From positions 160,001 through 224,000 of the forward strand of contig CM000433.1 of assembly GCA_000165345.1 (NCBI GenBank): 64,000 nucleotides of DNA. The letters are read 5' to 3'. Of the stretch, positions 36,226 to 46,990 are shown one piece after another (position 1 is the first letter of the stretch; the number at the start of each line of letters is the position of its first letter). Under the pieces are notes generated by a model. That model did no database searches, was not told where the DNA came from, and saw only the letters and a program-made list of their open reading frames with translations. A program made the position numbers and the translations under genes.

Positions 36226-37872
36226 ATGCAAAGTAAAGTCATTTTTAGGATCTTGGTATTGATCATTTCGGTGATTGGATCCTTATACTCAATAATTCAA
36301 TTAATGCTAAAGGAGCTATCAAGTAACAAAAATATTCAAGAGGTTAGTCATTCAAGGAGGCTAATAAGTGAACCTTACAGTGAAAGTATTAATGAACAAA
36401 ATGATCAAGATTGGAAAGAACTAAAGCTAATAATTCCAAATCATTCTCAAATTAACCAGCAGGAAAAAAATGGTAATTTGATTGAGTTTAAAGTTTATAT
36501 ATACTCAGCATATTATGATTGGAGAATAGATAGGATACGAATAAATTCACTTATCCCATCGAATTTTTATGATCGAATAGAAATGGAATGTGCAATAATC
36601 TTGGACAAAAATATTTACACAGGAACTATTAAAAAAGTGATTCATAAGGAGCACCATAATAAAGAATATGTATCATCGACTTTACTCTGCGAAATTGCAA
36701 AAAATGAAATTAAATTTGAGGATATTTCAAGGAAAGTTTTGATAACAATTTTGGAAAATGGAAACAGCACAAATAAATCAGAAATATGGATAACTCTAAA
36801 AAAAATTCCAAAAAATAGCTCTAATAATCATGAGCTGACTGTTTGTGTGAGACCTTGGTGGGGAGAGCCAATAAAGAATGGAAACTTGGGAAATAAACAA
36901 AAATTTAACAATTCAGGGTTAATGCTTGAATTTATTAATTCATATTTATTCTTAGGAGCAAATAAATTTTATTTATATCAAAATTACTTGGACATTGACG
37001 AAGATGTAAGAAATATAATAAATTATTATTCTAATATCAAAAATGTTTTGGAAATTATTCCATACTCATTACCAATAATTCCATTTAAACAAGTTTGGGA
37101 TTTCGCACAAACAACAATGATACAGGACTGCCTACTAAGAAATATTGGAAAAACAAAATACTTGTTATTCGTAGATACCGATGAATTTGTATTTCCAAAC
37201 TTGAAAAATTATAACTTAATGGATTTTTTAAATTTATTAGAAGCCAACAATCCTTATTATAAAAACAAAGTCGGGGCAATGTGGATTCCAATGTATTTTC
37301 ATTTTTTAGAGTGGGAATCTGATAAAAATAATTTGAAGAAATATTCAACAATTGAGAAAAAAATTAAGAAAAAGATGGCAAATATTGAGTTTGTTCTATA
37401 TCGTAAAACATGTAGAATGTTAAGTTCTGGAACAAAAAAAAGTGACAAGACGAGAAGAAAAGTTATTATTAGACCTGAAAGAGTTTTGTATATGGGTATA
37501 CATGAAACAGAAGAGATGCTAAGCAAAAAATTTCATTTCATTAGAGCTCCTGTAATTAATGTGGGTGGAGGAAACGAACTAAGTATATATTTACATCATT
37601 ATAGAAAAGCAAAAGGTATTGTAAACAATGATCCCAAACAAAGAGAACTTGTGAATATGTATTTAGAAAATGTTTGTTCAGATAAGCTGTTAGATTCAGG
37701 GGGAGATTCCATTCAAGATGGAGTAATTGTCGACAATACTGTTTGGGAGATATTTGGAACACACTTATACCAGATAATTTTTGAGCATATTAAAGAAATC
37801 CAAGATATGTACACAAATAAGGAAATAATTAATGGAAATAAAAATTTAAGTGTTGAAGAATTACATAATTAA
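36226..37872 (+). CDS. Type II membrane glycosyltransferase, GT92/DUF23-like
   Basis: N-terminal signal anchor ILVLIISVIGSLYSII. The luminal domain has CVRPWWGEP..MIQDCLLRNIGKTKYLLFVDTDEFVFP, matching the DUF23/GT92 pattern (DCL.R....Y....D.DEF..P, a DxD-type motif). Confidence 0.55.
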   Translation: MQSKVIFRILVLIISVIGSLYSIIQLMLKELSSNKNIQEVSHSRRLISEPYSESINEQNDQDWKELKLIIPNHSQINQQEKNGNLIEFKVYIYSAYYDWRIDRIRINSLIPSNFYDRIEMECAIILDKNIYTGTIKKVIHKEHHNKEYVSSTLLCEIAKNEIKFEDISRKVLITILENGNSTNKSEIWITLKKIPKNSSNNHELTVCVRPWWGEPIKNGNLGNKQKFNNSGLMLEFINSYLFLGANKFYLYQNYLDIDEDVRNIINYYSNIKNVLEIIPYSLPIIPFKQVWDFAQTTMIQDCLLRNIGKTKYLLFVDTDEFVFPNLKNYNLMDFLNLLEANNPYYKNKVGAMWIPMYFHFLEWESDKNNLKKYSTIEKKIKKKMANIEFVLYRKTCRMLSSGTKKSDKTRRKVIIRPERVLYMGIHETEEMLSKKFHFIRAPVINVGGGNELSIYLHHYRKAKGIVNNDPKQRELVNMYLENVCSDKLLDSGGDSIQDGVIVDNTVWEIFGTHLYQIIFEHIKEIQDMYTNKEIINGNKNLSVEELHN

Positions 37873-37924
37873 AGAATAATAACTATAATTAAATAAGAAT
37901 GAGTAATAAATCATTTTCTTGGTA

Positions 37925-39538
37925 TTAATTTGGTTTTTCTAGTTCTGAAACATTATGTGGATGGTTCAATAAGATGTGCCTAAAAAAGGAAAAGAAGCAA
38001 TCAATAGCTAACAGAATGATTACAATCCAAGTCAATCGGTTAGCATGTGTAGTTTGATACTCTTCGGTAATAACTTTCAAGAGTTCTTGCATCATTACTA
38101 TTCGTCTGTTAAGGACTTGAAGCCTCTCGGAAATTTCCAAGTATTCTTGGAGATTCCTCCAAACTGAATGAAATTTATAATTATGCCAAAAAATTTCAGG
38201 TATATCAAGAAAATCCTCAACTAAATTAACTGAAATTTGATAAGAATACAATTCAGAAAATCTTTTCCTTACTTGAGGAACCTCTACCTTAAATTCCTCT
38301 TCAATAACGCTAGAAGCTCCAACCTGGGCAAGTTTTAGTGGCAAATATTTAATGTTTTCAACACAATCCTCAATGAAGTCTTCAAACAAAGAAAGTCTTA
38401 TACTCTGACCAATTGCAAGGGAGGCTGCAAGTTTTTCCTCTGAGCTTCTAGTTTTCAAAGTAACAATATCAGAAATTACTTTCCGGTTATTTCTATAAAA
38501 TCTGCTGTATGCAAAATTGCCATAATTAAAAAGCATAGTGTAGTACTGACAATTTTTGGAGTATTTTCCAACAAACCCCCCAAATGAATATAGAGAGAGG
38601 AATGTAATAATATCTTCAAACCTTTCATCTGAATGCTTTGGAGAGTTCAAATGCGTTAGAGAGTCTGATGTAACTTCTTCATTGCTCCAAGCGACGATTA
38701 CTCCATTTTTAAATATAAAAATAGGGTTTTCAAGCCTTTTCCAATAATTTTCATCGTTCGAATAGCACTCCCCTCGTTCTATTATTTCGTCATTGTAAAT
38801 ATCTTCAAGTTTAGACGGAATTACGGGTTTTGATGGATTTTCATTCTGAAATAAAGAATATTCTTCATAACTGGAGTATTGTTTTGAATATCTGGAATCT
38901 AATAATTTTGCTCTATCTTCGATATTAGAGAATTTTTTTTCAGACCCTTTCCAATTGGTCATTTCATCACAACCAACCATGTGGTTTTTAGGATTATCCT
39001 CAATTGTACGCCTTCTACCAGACCTTCCGAGTATCATTTTAATTGACGGATATATACCAGCAGGAAAAAGAACCTTTCCTAGTCGCCCTTGAGTTGCCCA
39101 GGTAATTTCAATTTTATCGAAATATGGGTTTAAATCAAAGACTAATATACTTTTTTCCTTATCCACGTACCAGTGACAATAGTTATGTTTGTCAAGGGCG
39201 GATCTAATACTCTCTAAATTGTATCCTTCACACAAACAAAACCCTCGAATTACATTAAAGCTTTCTGATAACTCTGGGTATTGAAATTTAGGAGATTTAC
39301 TCTCTATTGGATTTATTGAGCCATTTCTATTTGAAAATTCGGATGCTTCTGAACTAAATTTAGTGCTACGCCATTTAGAAGATCTCCATCCCCTTCTTTC
39401 TGCTCTACTAGTAAAGTTTGTTCTATTTGATGCTATATTTGAATAGTTTGTTCTCTCATTGGGTGAACAATTATTATTAAATTGGCTACCTGCTATAATT
39501 TTGCCTTCTAAGTAATTATTTACTTTAGGTGTATCCAT
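37925..39538 (-). CDS. DUF155 protein (RMD1/RMND1 / Sad1-interacting factor 2 family), C-terminal TM helix
   Basis: NPIFIFKNGVIVAWSNEEV (cf. the DUF155 vFvFryGvvVfWnf block), YSRFYRNNRKVISDIVTLK...LQVLNRRIVMMQELLKVITEEY and the terminal TM WIVIILLAIDCFFSFF are typical of the RMD1/RMND1 family. Confidence 0.5.
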   Translation of the reverse strand: MDTPKVNNYLEGKIIAGSQFNNNCSPNERTNYSNIASNRTNFTSRAERRGWRSSKWRSTKFSSEASEFSNRNGSINPIESKSPKFQYPELSESFNVIRGFCLCEGYNLESIRSALDKHNYCHWYVDKEKSILVFDLNPYFDKIEITWATQGRLGKVLFPAGIYPSIKMILGRSGRRRTIEDNPKNHMVGCDEMTNWKGSEKKFSNIEDRAKLLDSRYSKQYSSYEEYSLFQNENPSKPVIPSKLEDIYNDEIIERGECYSNDENYWKRLENPIFIFKNGVIVAWSNEEVTSDSLTHLNSPKHSDERFEDIITFLSLYSFGGFVGKYSKNCQYYTMLFNYGNFAYSRFYRNNRKVISDIVTLKTRSSEEKLAASLAIGQSIRLSLFEDFIEDCVENIKYLPLKLAQVGASSVIEEEFKVEVPQVRKRFSELYSYQISVNLVEDFLDIPEIFWHNYKFHSVWRNLQEYLEISERLQVLNRRIVMMQELLKVITEEYQTTHANRLTWIVIILLAIDCFFSFFRHILLNHPHNVSELEKPN

Positions 39539-39755
39539 ATTATACTAAACTCGAATTCTACTTCGAGAATAATTCAATTTAAACCTGATTCTTTCAATTT
39601 TTTAGAATATTTTGAATAAAAATATTAACCATTATTCAGCATATAAACAAAATATTTTATTATTTAAAAAAGAAAAGTAGTTAAAAAGTATATTGGAAAT
39701 GAACTTTAATCCTATTTTACAAGTGACAAAAAAATTCAAATAATCAAAATAAACC

Positions 39756-39763
39756 TGGCGCCA
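39756..39763. promoter_or_regulatory. Perfect palindromic TGGCGCCA, ~220 bp upstream of the DUF155 gene start
   Basis: Exact TGGCGCCA between the LRR gene stop (39808) and the DUF155 start (39538). Confidence 0.45.
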
Positions 39764-39807
39764 AATCGTCAACTTGAAAATTTAAAACTAAATATAGATT
39801 ATTTATG

Positions 39808-42800
39808 CTAAAGTAAGAATGAGGAAAATACTGATTTATCATTTTTGTAGTTCTTTTGATTGACTTTATTGAGATTTGGAGGATTGAGTACAGGAACCAT
39901 TCTTCTCTTCCAATCATTGGAATTTTCAAGCTCATTAATGACTATCGCAATACCTATCTTGAATCTTTCTCTCGCTGAGTCATCGAGAAAAATGAGCTGA
40001 AGAGAAGTCAGCCTAGACAACTTCTTTCTTTCTTTACTAGTAGCATCCTTTGAATCGCTGACATCTCCATCGCTTTCGTCAGATCCTAGTAGGGGATCTT
40101 CATCACTACTTGTTGGTTTAAAAATTTTAGCCTTTGCATCATTTTCCGCATCACCTTTAGATTTCTCCCATTGATTCTTTTTCTTCTTTTTCTTCTTTTT
40201 CTTTTTTGGGCATAATTGATAAACTAGTTTGACTTCTGGTTCTTCTAGTGGGCCAAATTGTGCAATTCTTAAACGGTGAATCCTAAATACACGTAATTTT
40301 TGGAACAAATTTTCCTTTGCAAGCTTTAGCCTTGTTTCATACCAAGTAGCAAATTCAGATCTGAAATTCTTTAAAGAAATTCCAATGGATTTATTCTCTA
40401 ATTTTCTTGTATTGGTTCCCGGTTTTGAGTTTTTATTCTCTTCATTATTTTTGTCGATTGATTCATCATTCCCTTGAAATTTATCTTCAGATATATCTAC
40501 ATTTTGGTTCGGTATTTTATCCAATATTCCCAAAAAATTCATTAGTCCATGCTTTTGAACTCCAGAAATGCTATCACTTACTTCCTTTAAACTAGAAATT
40601 TCAACGCTTGGTGGTATTACCATTTCTCTTCTAAAATATAAATCCTCACCAGTTTCCAGCATATTTGAATCAGGGCAAAACCAAAATCTCCAATCTACAA
40701 GAAACTCATATACACTATTAATTGTTACTACATATAACTTTAGTTGTGCCTTTTCTGCGTCATGTAGCATTGCAGCCCTTGGATACGCAGAAATAGGAAA
40801 TCTACTTTTCCGCTTTGGAGGAAAAATTAAATCAGAAACTGTATCTATCATTTCATCAATGAAGAACTTCTTTTTTTTCAAATCTGGGGGCCTTAAAGAA
40901 TATAGCTTATCAATTTTTGGATTGTTTATTTCTTCTGGCTTTAATTTTTCACCTAAAGCAAATTGTATTGCTCTAACATTGTCAATCCTTAATAAATGGC
41001 TCAAACAAGTTCTACTCACAAAATCATTATATATATTCAACGGAATACTCAAAAACTCGGCAGACTTTTTTCTGATTCGATTAAGCATCTCATCTCTATC
41101 ATCAATTTTATCAAATATTATTATATCATAAATTGTACTTCTCCATGTAAAATTAGAATTTATCGCATCAACATTTTCTGACGTTTTATCGTTTTGAGAT
41201 GTAGAACCAGAATTTAAGTTCCATCCAAGCATTGCTGTTTGCTCACCCAATAAGCTTCTAACAATTCTCTTTAGATCCGAGTATTCCCTTTTAATTATCG
41301 CTGTTGGATCCTCTTTATACTTAAATTGTTCGTTTGCCACTACATTTCTCACGGTTTTTGGTCTTTCAAAAATATAATAAGCATTTGTAGTTAATATTAA
41401 AACGCTTCTTATACTTTGAGGAGGCCCTGGGTCTTCATTATCGGAATTACTCCCACCTAAAATCCCGGATAAATTGATCCCTGTCAATTCGGAAATACTT
41501 GAAGATATATCATTGCCTTTTTTAGTTGATTCATCATTTTTTTTGCTTCTTTCCTTCTTCACATAATCTCTTAGCTCTTTAGTCTGTATAAATACATAGC
41601 AAGGATAAACCCCAATAATTCTTTCATTTCTTTCGTAATAATATGATAAAAAGAGCTCCACTCCCTTTGAAAAATGTAAGGTATTAACATGATCCATTAA
41701 CTCAAAGACAAAAGAGCGTCTCAAAGGAAAATGTCTAAAAATTGTCTGAAATGTAAAACCCTCTACTACATAATACCTATATTTGGAAGATTTTTCCATA
41801 AGCAGAGATAGCGACTTAGAACTATATTGTCTCATTGACTCTCTCAATTTAATCATGGTTTCTGGCATTTCCTCCTTCTTTTCTTGTATGTATTTTCTAG
41901 TAAACATTAGCGGAATATGAGCCATATATGTGCCATGACTACTACCAATAGAAATCTGAATATCAAATAATACCATCTGTTGTAGACAGTTTAAAAGTAG
42001 AGGACTAATAAAATATCGAATAGACTTTTCCAGTCCATATTCATTTATGGATTCAACTCTAGAAAATTGAATATTCCCCAATAATTCCAACATTGAATAT
42101 ATTGCTTTACATAAGCAAGTGCAAAGTAGTTGCTCTTCTGGTTTTAAGTGCCTTCTTGTTGCTTGCTGTAATATATAGACAATGGCATCCAAAATTGAGT
42201 TAATAAACCAAAATCCAATATATAGAGGTATTAATAAATCCATAGATGCTGCATTAGTATTTGTTTCAAGCTCAAAAATATCACTTAAAATTATCAGGAA
42301 CTTTGAAGCTACGTGGGATTCTAATAATCCGCAACTTAGTACCAGCTTTGCAGTTCCATCCAAAATGTAAGGTTTCAGCATGACTTTCTTTGCATAACTT
42401 CTCAGTTTCAAGCTCGTATTTGATTTTATGCATACAAATATTATTCTCAAAAATGGTGCTACAGCAAGATGAATATTCACTGTTGCAGAAATAATGTTCT
42501 TCCAAACAGAGCCAGATCCTTCCAATTTATTTTGAGCTTTTACCGTTTCAGATGAACTTAGAGATGCAGAAGTTAAACTAATTGAGTTACTGGAGTTTGC
42601 ACCTCCAATATTATCAAAACTTAAAGAATTAGAAACTTTTAAATCACTTTCTATAGATCCAGTAGTTAGCGGCCCATATTTGTTGTAGACACCATGTAGA
42701 ATATTCCTTGCTCTTGGATGAATAATAATTGTTTCCTCGTTGGGATTTGCTTCGTAATCCAAATCTGCAACTTCTTCAATTTCAATATCAGAATCTGATA

Positions 42801-45800
42801 ATGATAGCATGCTTCCTTGATCATCGCTTCCTGAAAACAAGGGCAAATTAGTTTCATTTTCAATATCATCTTCTAATTCTTCGCCTACTACTTTACTGCC
42901 TTGGAAGTTAAGGATATTTCTCCATCCTTTATTCTCTCTATCTCTTTCATTGTAAGTTGTTGAATCATCATCTTCCTCTTCTTCAATTTTTTCTGAGACG
43001 CGTTTTTCTTTAGATAAAATGGACCCTTTTAATATTCCTGCCCAAGTATTTGCTGTTGAAATTATAGATTTTTTGTGATCGAAATTTTCAATTAAACCAT
43101 TTGAAGATTCTTTGATATCCTTGAATTCACTATCAATTAAATTTGATAAAAATAAGTAAACTCTAATAATTCCATCAGCTTCAACAAACATTTCGTCCTG
43201 AATTAATTTATCAGAAAACTCCATTTCATCCAAAAATAAAAGTTGTTCAATAAAAGGTTCTAAAGTTAAATCCCACATACTTGATTCCCTTGAAATAACA
43301 TTCATAAAAATACTCTCCAATGTAGAGATTCCTTCAATAGGCGAGGTTGTCTCTTTCTGAAATTGCAATGCGTAATCAAGCTGTGACTTTTCAAGCTCAA
43401 ATAATTCTTCATCAGAGACCCCAGTTAATACATCAGCCAATCTACATAAAACTCTGACTACAACCTTTTTTGAAGATGAAAGTCGGTTTTGACCTTTCAA
43501 TGTACCCAACAATATATTAACAGACCTCCCTGGCCATGAAATTTCCAACGCAGTATCGGGGTCAAAAGCAGCGAAATGTTTTTCCTCTTTTTTCAGAGAA
43601 TATTCGAATAGGGACTGTATTTCAGAAGTTCTTAAGTATTCTCTAAAGCCTTTATATCTAGATAATGCTCTTACAACTCTAGAAGAAGAAAGAATTGAGA
43701 ACATATCATGCGTCTGAACCTCATTTACATTGCTTAAGTGGTTAACTACAAGTTTAAAGGGGGAATTCAAAATAAATTGATTCCAGGAATATTTGAGACC
43801 TAGGAAGATGATTAAACCAATGTCTTTTGCAAATGTTTCTTTGAAAATATGCCAATTACTACTATCTTTATTGTTTATTAGCCTGCGAATATAATTAAGT
43901 ATATGTGTCCAAAGAGGCCCCAAAATACTAAATGTTAGATCATTTTCAGAACTAGAAACATCTTTGTTTTCAGACAAAGCAATATCATCTCCGTTTTCAT
44001 CTTTTTTTATTCCATCCTTATTAAGCGACTCTATCTTTAAAAGTCTTAGTAATTCATTTATAGATATTGTATCCATTTCTGTGATGTCTATCATAGAGAG
44101 TATCTGAATTGCTGAAATAGGAACCGATTCACCCGGAATCTCAAGTAGTCTCATGAAGAGAATACAATATCCTCTTTTATAAATCTCTTCAATTACTTTT
44201 GAGCAAATCCCTATTGTCTTATTCTTGAAAAGAAAAACAATCATGTTCAGTATTGCTTGAATACTTTTTTGAACTTTTTCCGAGTTTGCATTTTTTAATA
44301 TCTCCAATATACCTTCTGAAGAACTGTTTGAACCTTCAATATTTGAACTGTAAAATGAAACCATTTCTCTAAAATATTGGTTTCCGTTTAGAAATTCTAA
44401 CTGAGGATTTAAAAAATCCATTTGTTGGATAATGTAGTTGAGAACTTGAAATGATTCACCATTACCAAATATTCTAAATTGAGTTCCAAGTGGCATGTTT
44501 CCATTATATATGTTTAGAGCTTTCCCTATCAGCGATGAGCTTTCAGATATTGGGATATATTGTATAGATTCAACTTGCTCACTTCTATTGCAGATACTTA
44601 ATAACGTGGCCATACAAGCAAATACAACGTCCGGATCACCAAATGGGATTTCTTTTATTGGTATTAACATCCAATCAATAAGATGAAAATTTACAATCAT
44701 TTGCATTAAAGCCACTTTACTAGATTCAACAAAGCAATTTACAGTTTGAATCACCTCTGAACATAATATCGATGTCTTTTCATCAAATTTTGATGTGAGT
44801 CCACTAGATAAAAATTCAGACAGTATTGGCATTAGAAAATTTGAGTGCAATCCTAAATCAACACAGGCTTTTGACGCCTTTTCAGAAGCTAAACAACAAT
44901 TCCGGATTATTTTTAGGTAGAAAATAATTAATGTCTGCTGGAAATCTGTAAATTTGACAAAATCTGGTAGAATATTTAAGCTCAAAGTCTCTTTCTGCTT
45001 ACCTTTGTAAATAGTCTGCTTTTTATTGCGTTTTTTTGAAAGTAATTTAGCAATCTTGTGGATTGAAAATGAGTCTCCTCTTCCAAGCTGACCAGATGCA
45101 GAAATCTCACGAGAAATATAATCAAGTGCCTGATCAGACAATATATGTTCAGTTGATGACCATCTGAAAAATTGCTCATTTTTTGGTCTGTTTACTGTTA
45201 ATGATTGACCTTGGTTTCCCATCTCTCCATATCCACCCTTATTTATGTTTGCAGGAGTTGAATAAAGATATAAAGTAATTAGTGTTCCAGCAAGATCCAT
45301 GGGAACTCCATAACCTGACAATATGATTGCATTATCTTTGTAAAGGGAAACTAGTGCTAAAATAGACATTAATGGTCTATGAAACTCCGTTCTAACATAA
45401 GATGAGGTATAATCCAGTATCAATCCCATGTGGTCATTTAATGCCATTGCTAATAGCCTACTGTGCGGAAGAATCGACATAGATGCAAATACCGTTTGCA
45501 CTATAGGATCTGAAAAATGCCGACCTTTAAGAGCTGGGAAAACTAAAGTACTTATTATATAACTAACTTCACTTTGAACATCTTTCTTATTCATAAGACC
45601 TCCAAGTAGCCTGGAAACTCCAATTGCAAGGCCTCCTGATGGTATATGAATCAGCCTGACTAATGCAGTTAATAGCCAAATTCTACAAAAGTCAGAACTT
45701 TGAGTAATTGGGTTTTCTTCCTGCCGGTCAATTGCTAATGCAAAAAGTTCCAAAAATCTTTCAGTTTCTCTGGCTCTATCACTAGGTAGTCTCGCAGAAG

Positions 45801-46824
45801 GACTGAATACTTTGATAAACCTTCTTGCTTCAAAATGATCGATATCACCTAAGTCACCTCCATAGTCAGTTGTCCATGGTTTCATGGTTTCATTGTAAAT
45901 GCTCTCTGACCCTTGAAGAATATTGGCACAAAGCTGGATAGTTGGCCCCTCATCAATTAAATATTCAAGCAACTCTATTAGTATGTCAATACGCCCATAA
46001 TTAGTGCTACTTACATTTCCAAGTTCTAGGATCTTTGTAGCATCATATCTACTCCCTTGTCTTAATTCATAAACATCATCATAGTTATTAATAAGGCTGA
46101 AGTCAAAATTCATATTTCTCTTCCTTTGCAAAGCTGTCAGCTCACGCCCATTGAGATATCTTAAATTAGGCAAGCAAGAGATTATTAATGATTGGTATTC
46201 CGGGAAAATACTACAAAATGGGTTTCCTTGAATGGAAAATTCTCTTATAGAATCTTTAAACATCAAAGCTAGCCTTCCTAAGATACTTGGCAGTACATTT
46301 ATGTTGTTATATGACAAATCTAACCGTCTTAACTTATTACACTTACTTATGTTCTTCCAAGCTTCCTTACCAGAACAATTAATTTGAATATTGTTATTGG
46401 AAAGATTAAGATACATAAGATTTTCTAAAAATGTTAAATCAGGTAATTCAGACAAATTGTTTGAGCTTAAATTGAGATTAATTAAATATGGTAGAGAAAT
46501 TGGGCTCTCAAATTCCGAAATTTTGTTTCCCATCAAATTTAAGTTGATTAAGGAATAAAACCTCAGAGAGTCATCCATGCTAAACATGCCCTCTAAGCTA
46601 ACCAAATCATTATTACTTAAGTCGATTGTCTCAATTTCACTCAAATTTAGGTATTTGTTCATCAAACCATCTGATGTACCTCTAAGAGTTGTCAGTTTAA
46701 AATTTTGACCACTAAAATCTAAAACCTTATGACTTTTGTATTTCCACCCTTCGCCAAGGAGTTCACGAAACTCATACTTGGAAAGTTCGGTCACATATTC
46801 TGTCGTTTTCTTTTGTACTTGCAT
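39808..46824 (-). CDS. Very large (2338 aa) protein with N-terminal leucine-rich repeats, a long alpha-helical (ARM/HEAT-like) body and a C-terminal basic tail including a K10 poly-lysine run
   Basis: Single uninterrupted ORF. The LRR units are LDLSNNDLVSLEGM / LNLMGNKISEF / LNLSSNNLSELPD / LNLSNNNIQ / LDLSYNNINVLP. The poly-lysine run (40181..40210, mixed AAA/AAG) reads CPKKKKKKKKKKNQ. No specific family recognised. Confidence 0.65.
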   Translation of the reverse strand: MQVQKKTTEYVTELSKYEFRELLGEGWKYKSHKVLDFSGQNFKLTTLRGTSDGLMNKYLNLSEIETIDLSNNDLVSLEGMFSMDDSLRFYSLINLNLMGNKISEFESPISLPYLINLNLSSNNLSELPDLTFLENLMYLNLSNNNIQINCSGKEAWKNISKCNKLRRLDLSYNNINVLPSILGRLALMFKDSIREFSIQGNPFCSIFPEYQSLIISCLPNLRYLNGRELTALQRKRNMNFDFSLINNYDDVYELRQGSRYDATKILELGNVSSTNYGRIDILIELLEYLIDEGPTIQLCANILQGSESIYNETMKPWTTDYGGDLGDIDHFEARRFIKVFSPSARLPSDRARETERFLELFALAIDRQEENPITQSSDFCRIWLLTALVRLIHIPSGGLAIGVSRLLGGLMNKKDVQSEVSYIISTLVFPALKGRHFSDPIVQTVFASMSILPHSRLLAMALNDHMGLILDYTSSYVRTEFHRPLMSILALVSLYKDNAIILSGYGVPMDLAGTLITLYLYSTPANINKGGYGEMGNQGQSLTVNRPKNEQFFRWSSTEHILSDQALDYISREISASGQLGRGDSFSIHKIAKLLSKKRNKKQTIYKGKQKETLSLNILPDFVKFTDFQQTLIIFYLKIIRNCCLASEKASKACVDLGLHSNFLMPILSEFLSSGLTSKFDEKTSILCSEVIQTVNCFVESSKVALMQMIVNFHLIDWMLIPIKEIPFGDPDVVFACMATLLSICNRSEQVESIQYIPISESSSLIGKALNIYNGNMPLGTQFRIFGNGESFQVLNYIIQQMDFLNPQLEFLNGNQYFREMVSFYSSNIEGSNSSSEGILEILKNANSEKVQKSIQAILNMIVFLFKNKTIGICSKVIEEIYKRGYCILFMRLLEIPGESVPISAIQILSMIDITEMDTISINELLRLLKIESLNKDGIKKDENGDDIALSENKDVSSSENDLTFSILGPLWTHILNYIRRLINNKDSSNWHIFKETFAKDIGLIIFLGLKYSWNQFILNSPFKLVVNHLSNVNEVQTHDMFSILSSSRVVRALSRYKGFREYLRTSEIQSLFEYSLKKEEKHFAAFDPDTALEISWPGRSVNILLGTLKGQNRLSSSKKVVVRVLCRLADVLTGVSDEELFELEKSQLDYALQFQKETTSPIEGISTLESIFMNVISRESSMWDLTLEPFIEQLLFLDEMEFSDKLIQDEMFVEADGIIRVYLFLSNLIDSEFKDIKESSNGLIENFDHKKSIISTANTWAGILKGSILSKEKRVSEKIEEEEDDDSTTYNERDRENKGWRNILNFQGSKVVGEELEDDIENETNLPLFSGSDDQGSMLSLSDSDIEIEEVADLDYEANPNEETIIIHPRARNILHGVYNKYGPLTTGSIESDLKVSNSLSFDNIGGANSSNSISLTSASLSSSETVKAQNKLEGSGSVWKNIISATVNIHLAVAPFLRIIFVCIKSNTSLKLRSYAKKVMLKPYILDGTAKLVLSCGLLESHVASKFLIILSDIFELETNTNAASMDLLIPLYIGFWFINSILDAIVYILQQATRRHLKPEEQLLCTCLCKAIYSMLELLGNIQFSRVESINEYGLEKSIRYFISPLLLNCLQQMVLFDIQISIGSSHGTYMAHIPLMFTRKYIQEKKEEMPETMIKLRESMRQYSSKSLSLLMEKSSKYRYYVVEGFTFQTIFRHFPLRRSFVFELMDHVNTLHFSKGVELFLSYYYERNERIIGVYPCYVFIQTKELRDYVKKERSKKNDESTKKGNDISSSISELTGINLSGILGGSNSDNEDPGPPQSIRSVLILTTNAYYIFERPKTVRNVVANEQFKYKEDPTAIIKREYSDLKRIVRSLLGEQTAMLGWNLNSGSTSQNDKTSENVDAINSNFTWRSTIYDIIIFDKIDDRDEMLNRIRKKSAEFLSIPLNIYNDFVSRTCLSHLLRIDNVRAIQFALGEKLKPEEINNPKIDKLYSLRPPDLKKKKFFIDEMIDTVSDLIFPPKRKSRFPISAYPRAAMLHDAEKAQLKLYVVTINSVYEFLVDWRFWFCPDSNMLETGEDLYFRREMVIPPSVEISSLKEVSDSISGVQKHGLMNFLGILDKIPNQNVDISEDKFQGNDESIDKNNEENKNSKPGTNTRKLENKSIGISLKNFRSEFATWYETRLKLAKENLFQKLRVFRIHRLRIAQFGPLEEPEVKLVYQLCPKKKKKKKKKKNQWEKSKGDAENDAKAKIFKPTSSDEDPLLGSDESDGDVSDSKDATSKERKKLSRLTSLQLIFLDDSARERFKIGIAIVINELENSNDWKRRMVPVLNPPNLNKVNQKNYKNDKSVFSSFLL

Positions 46825-46914
46825 TATTATTGCAGCATTTTATTATAAAAATACCTTTTAAAATCCCACAGATTGCTTTTCAGTTTGCCATGCAAATAAC
46901 AAAAAAGCACACTT

Positions 46915-46990
46915 ACCGCCATCAAACGATTTTATTTTAGGGCCTACATGACCGCCACCCGATACTTTGGCGGCACAGTTTTGGCGGTGT
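46915..46990. promoter_or_regulatory. Cluster of CCGCCA / TTGGCGG boxes, 90-170 bp upstream of the LRR-protein start, in the divergent promoter shared with CDPK
   Basis: ACCGCCATC (46915..46923), ACCGCCACCC (46951..46960), TTGGCGGCAC (46967..46976) and TTGGCGGTGT (46981..46990). TTGGCGG occurs as a direct repeat 14 bp apart, alongside inverted copies. Confidence 0.4.
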
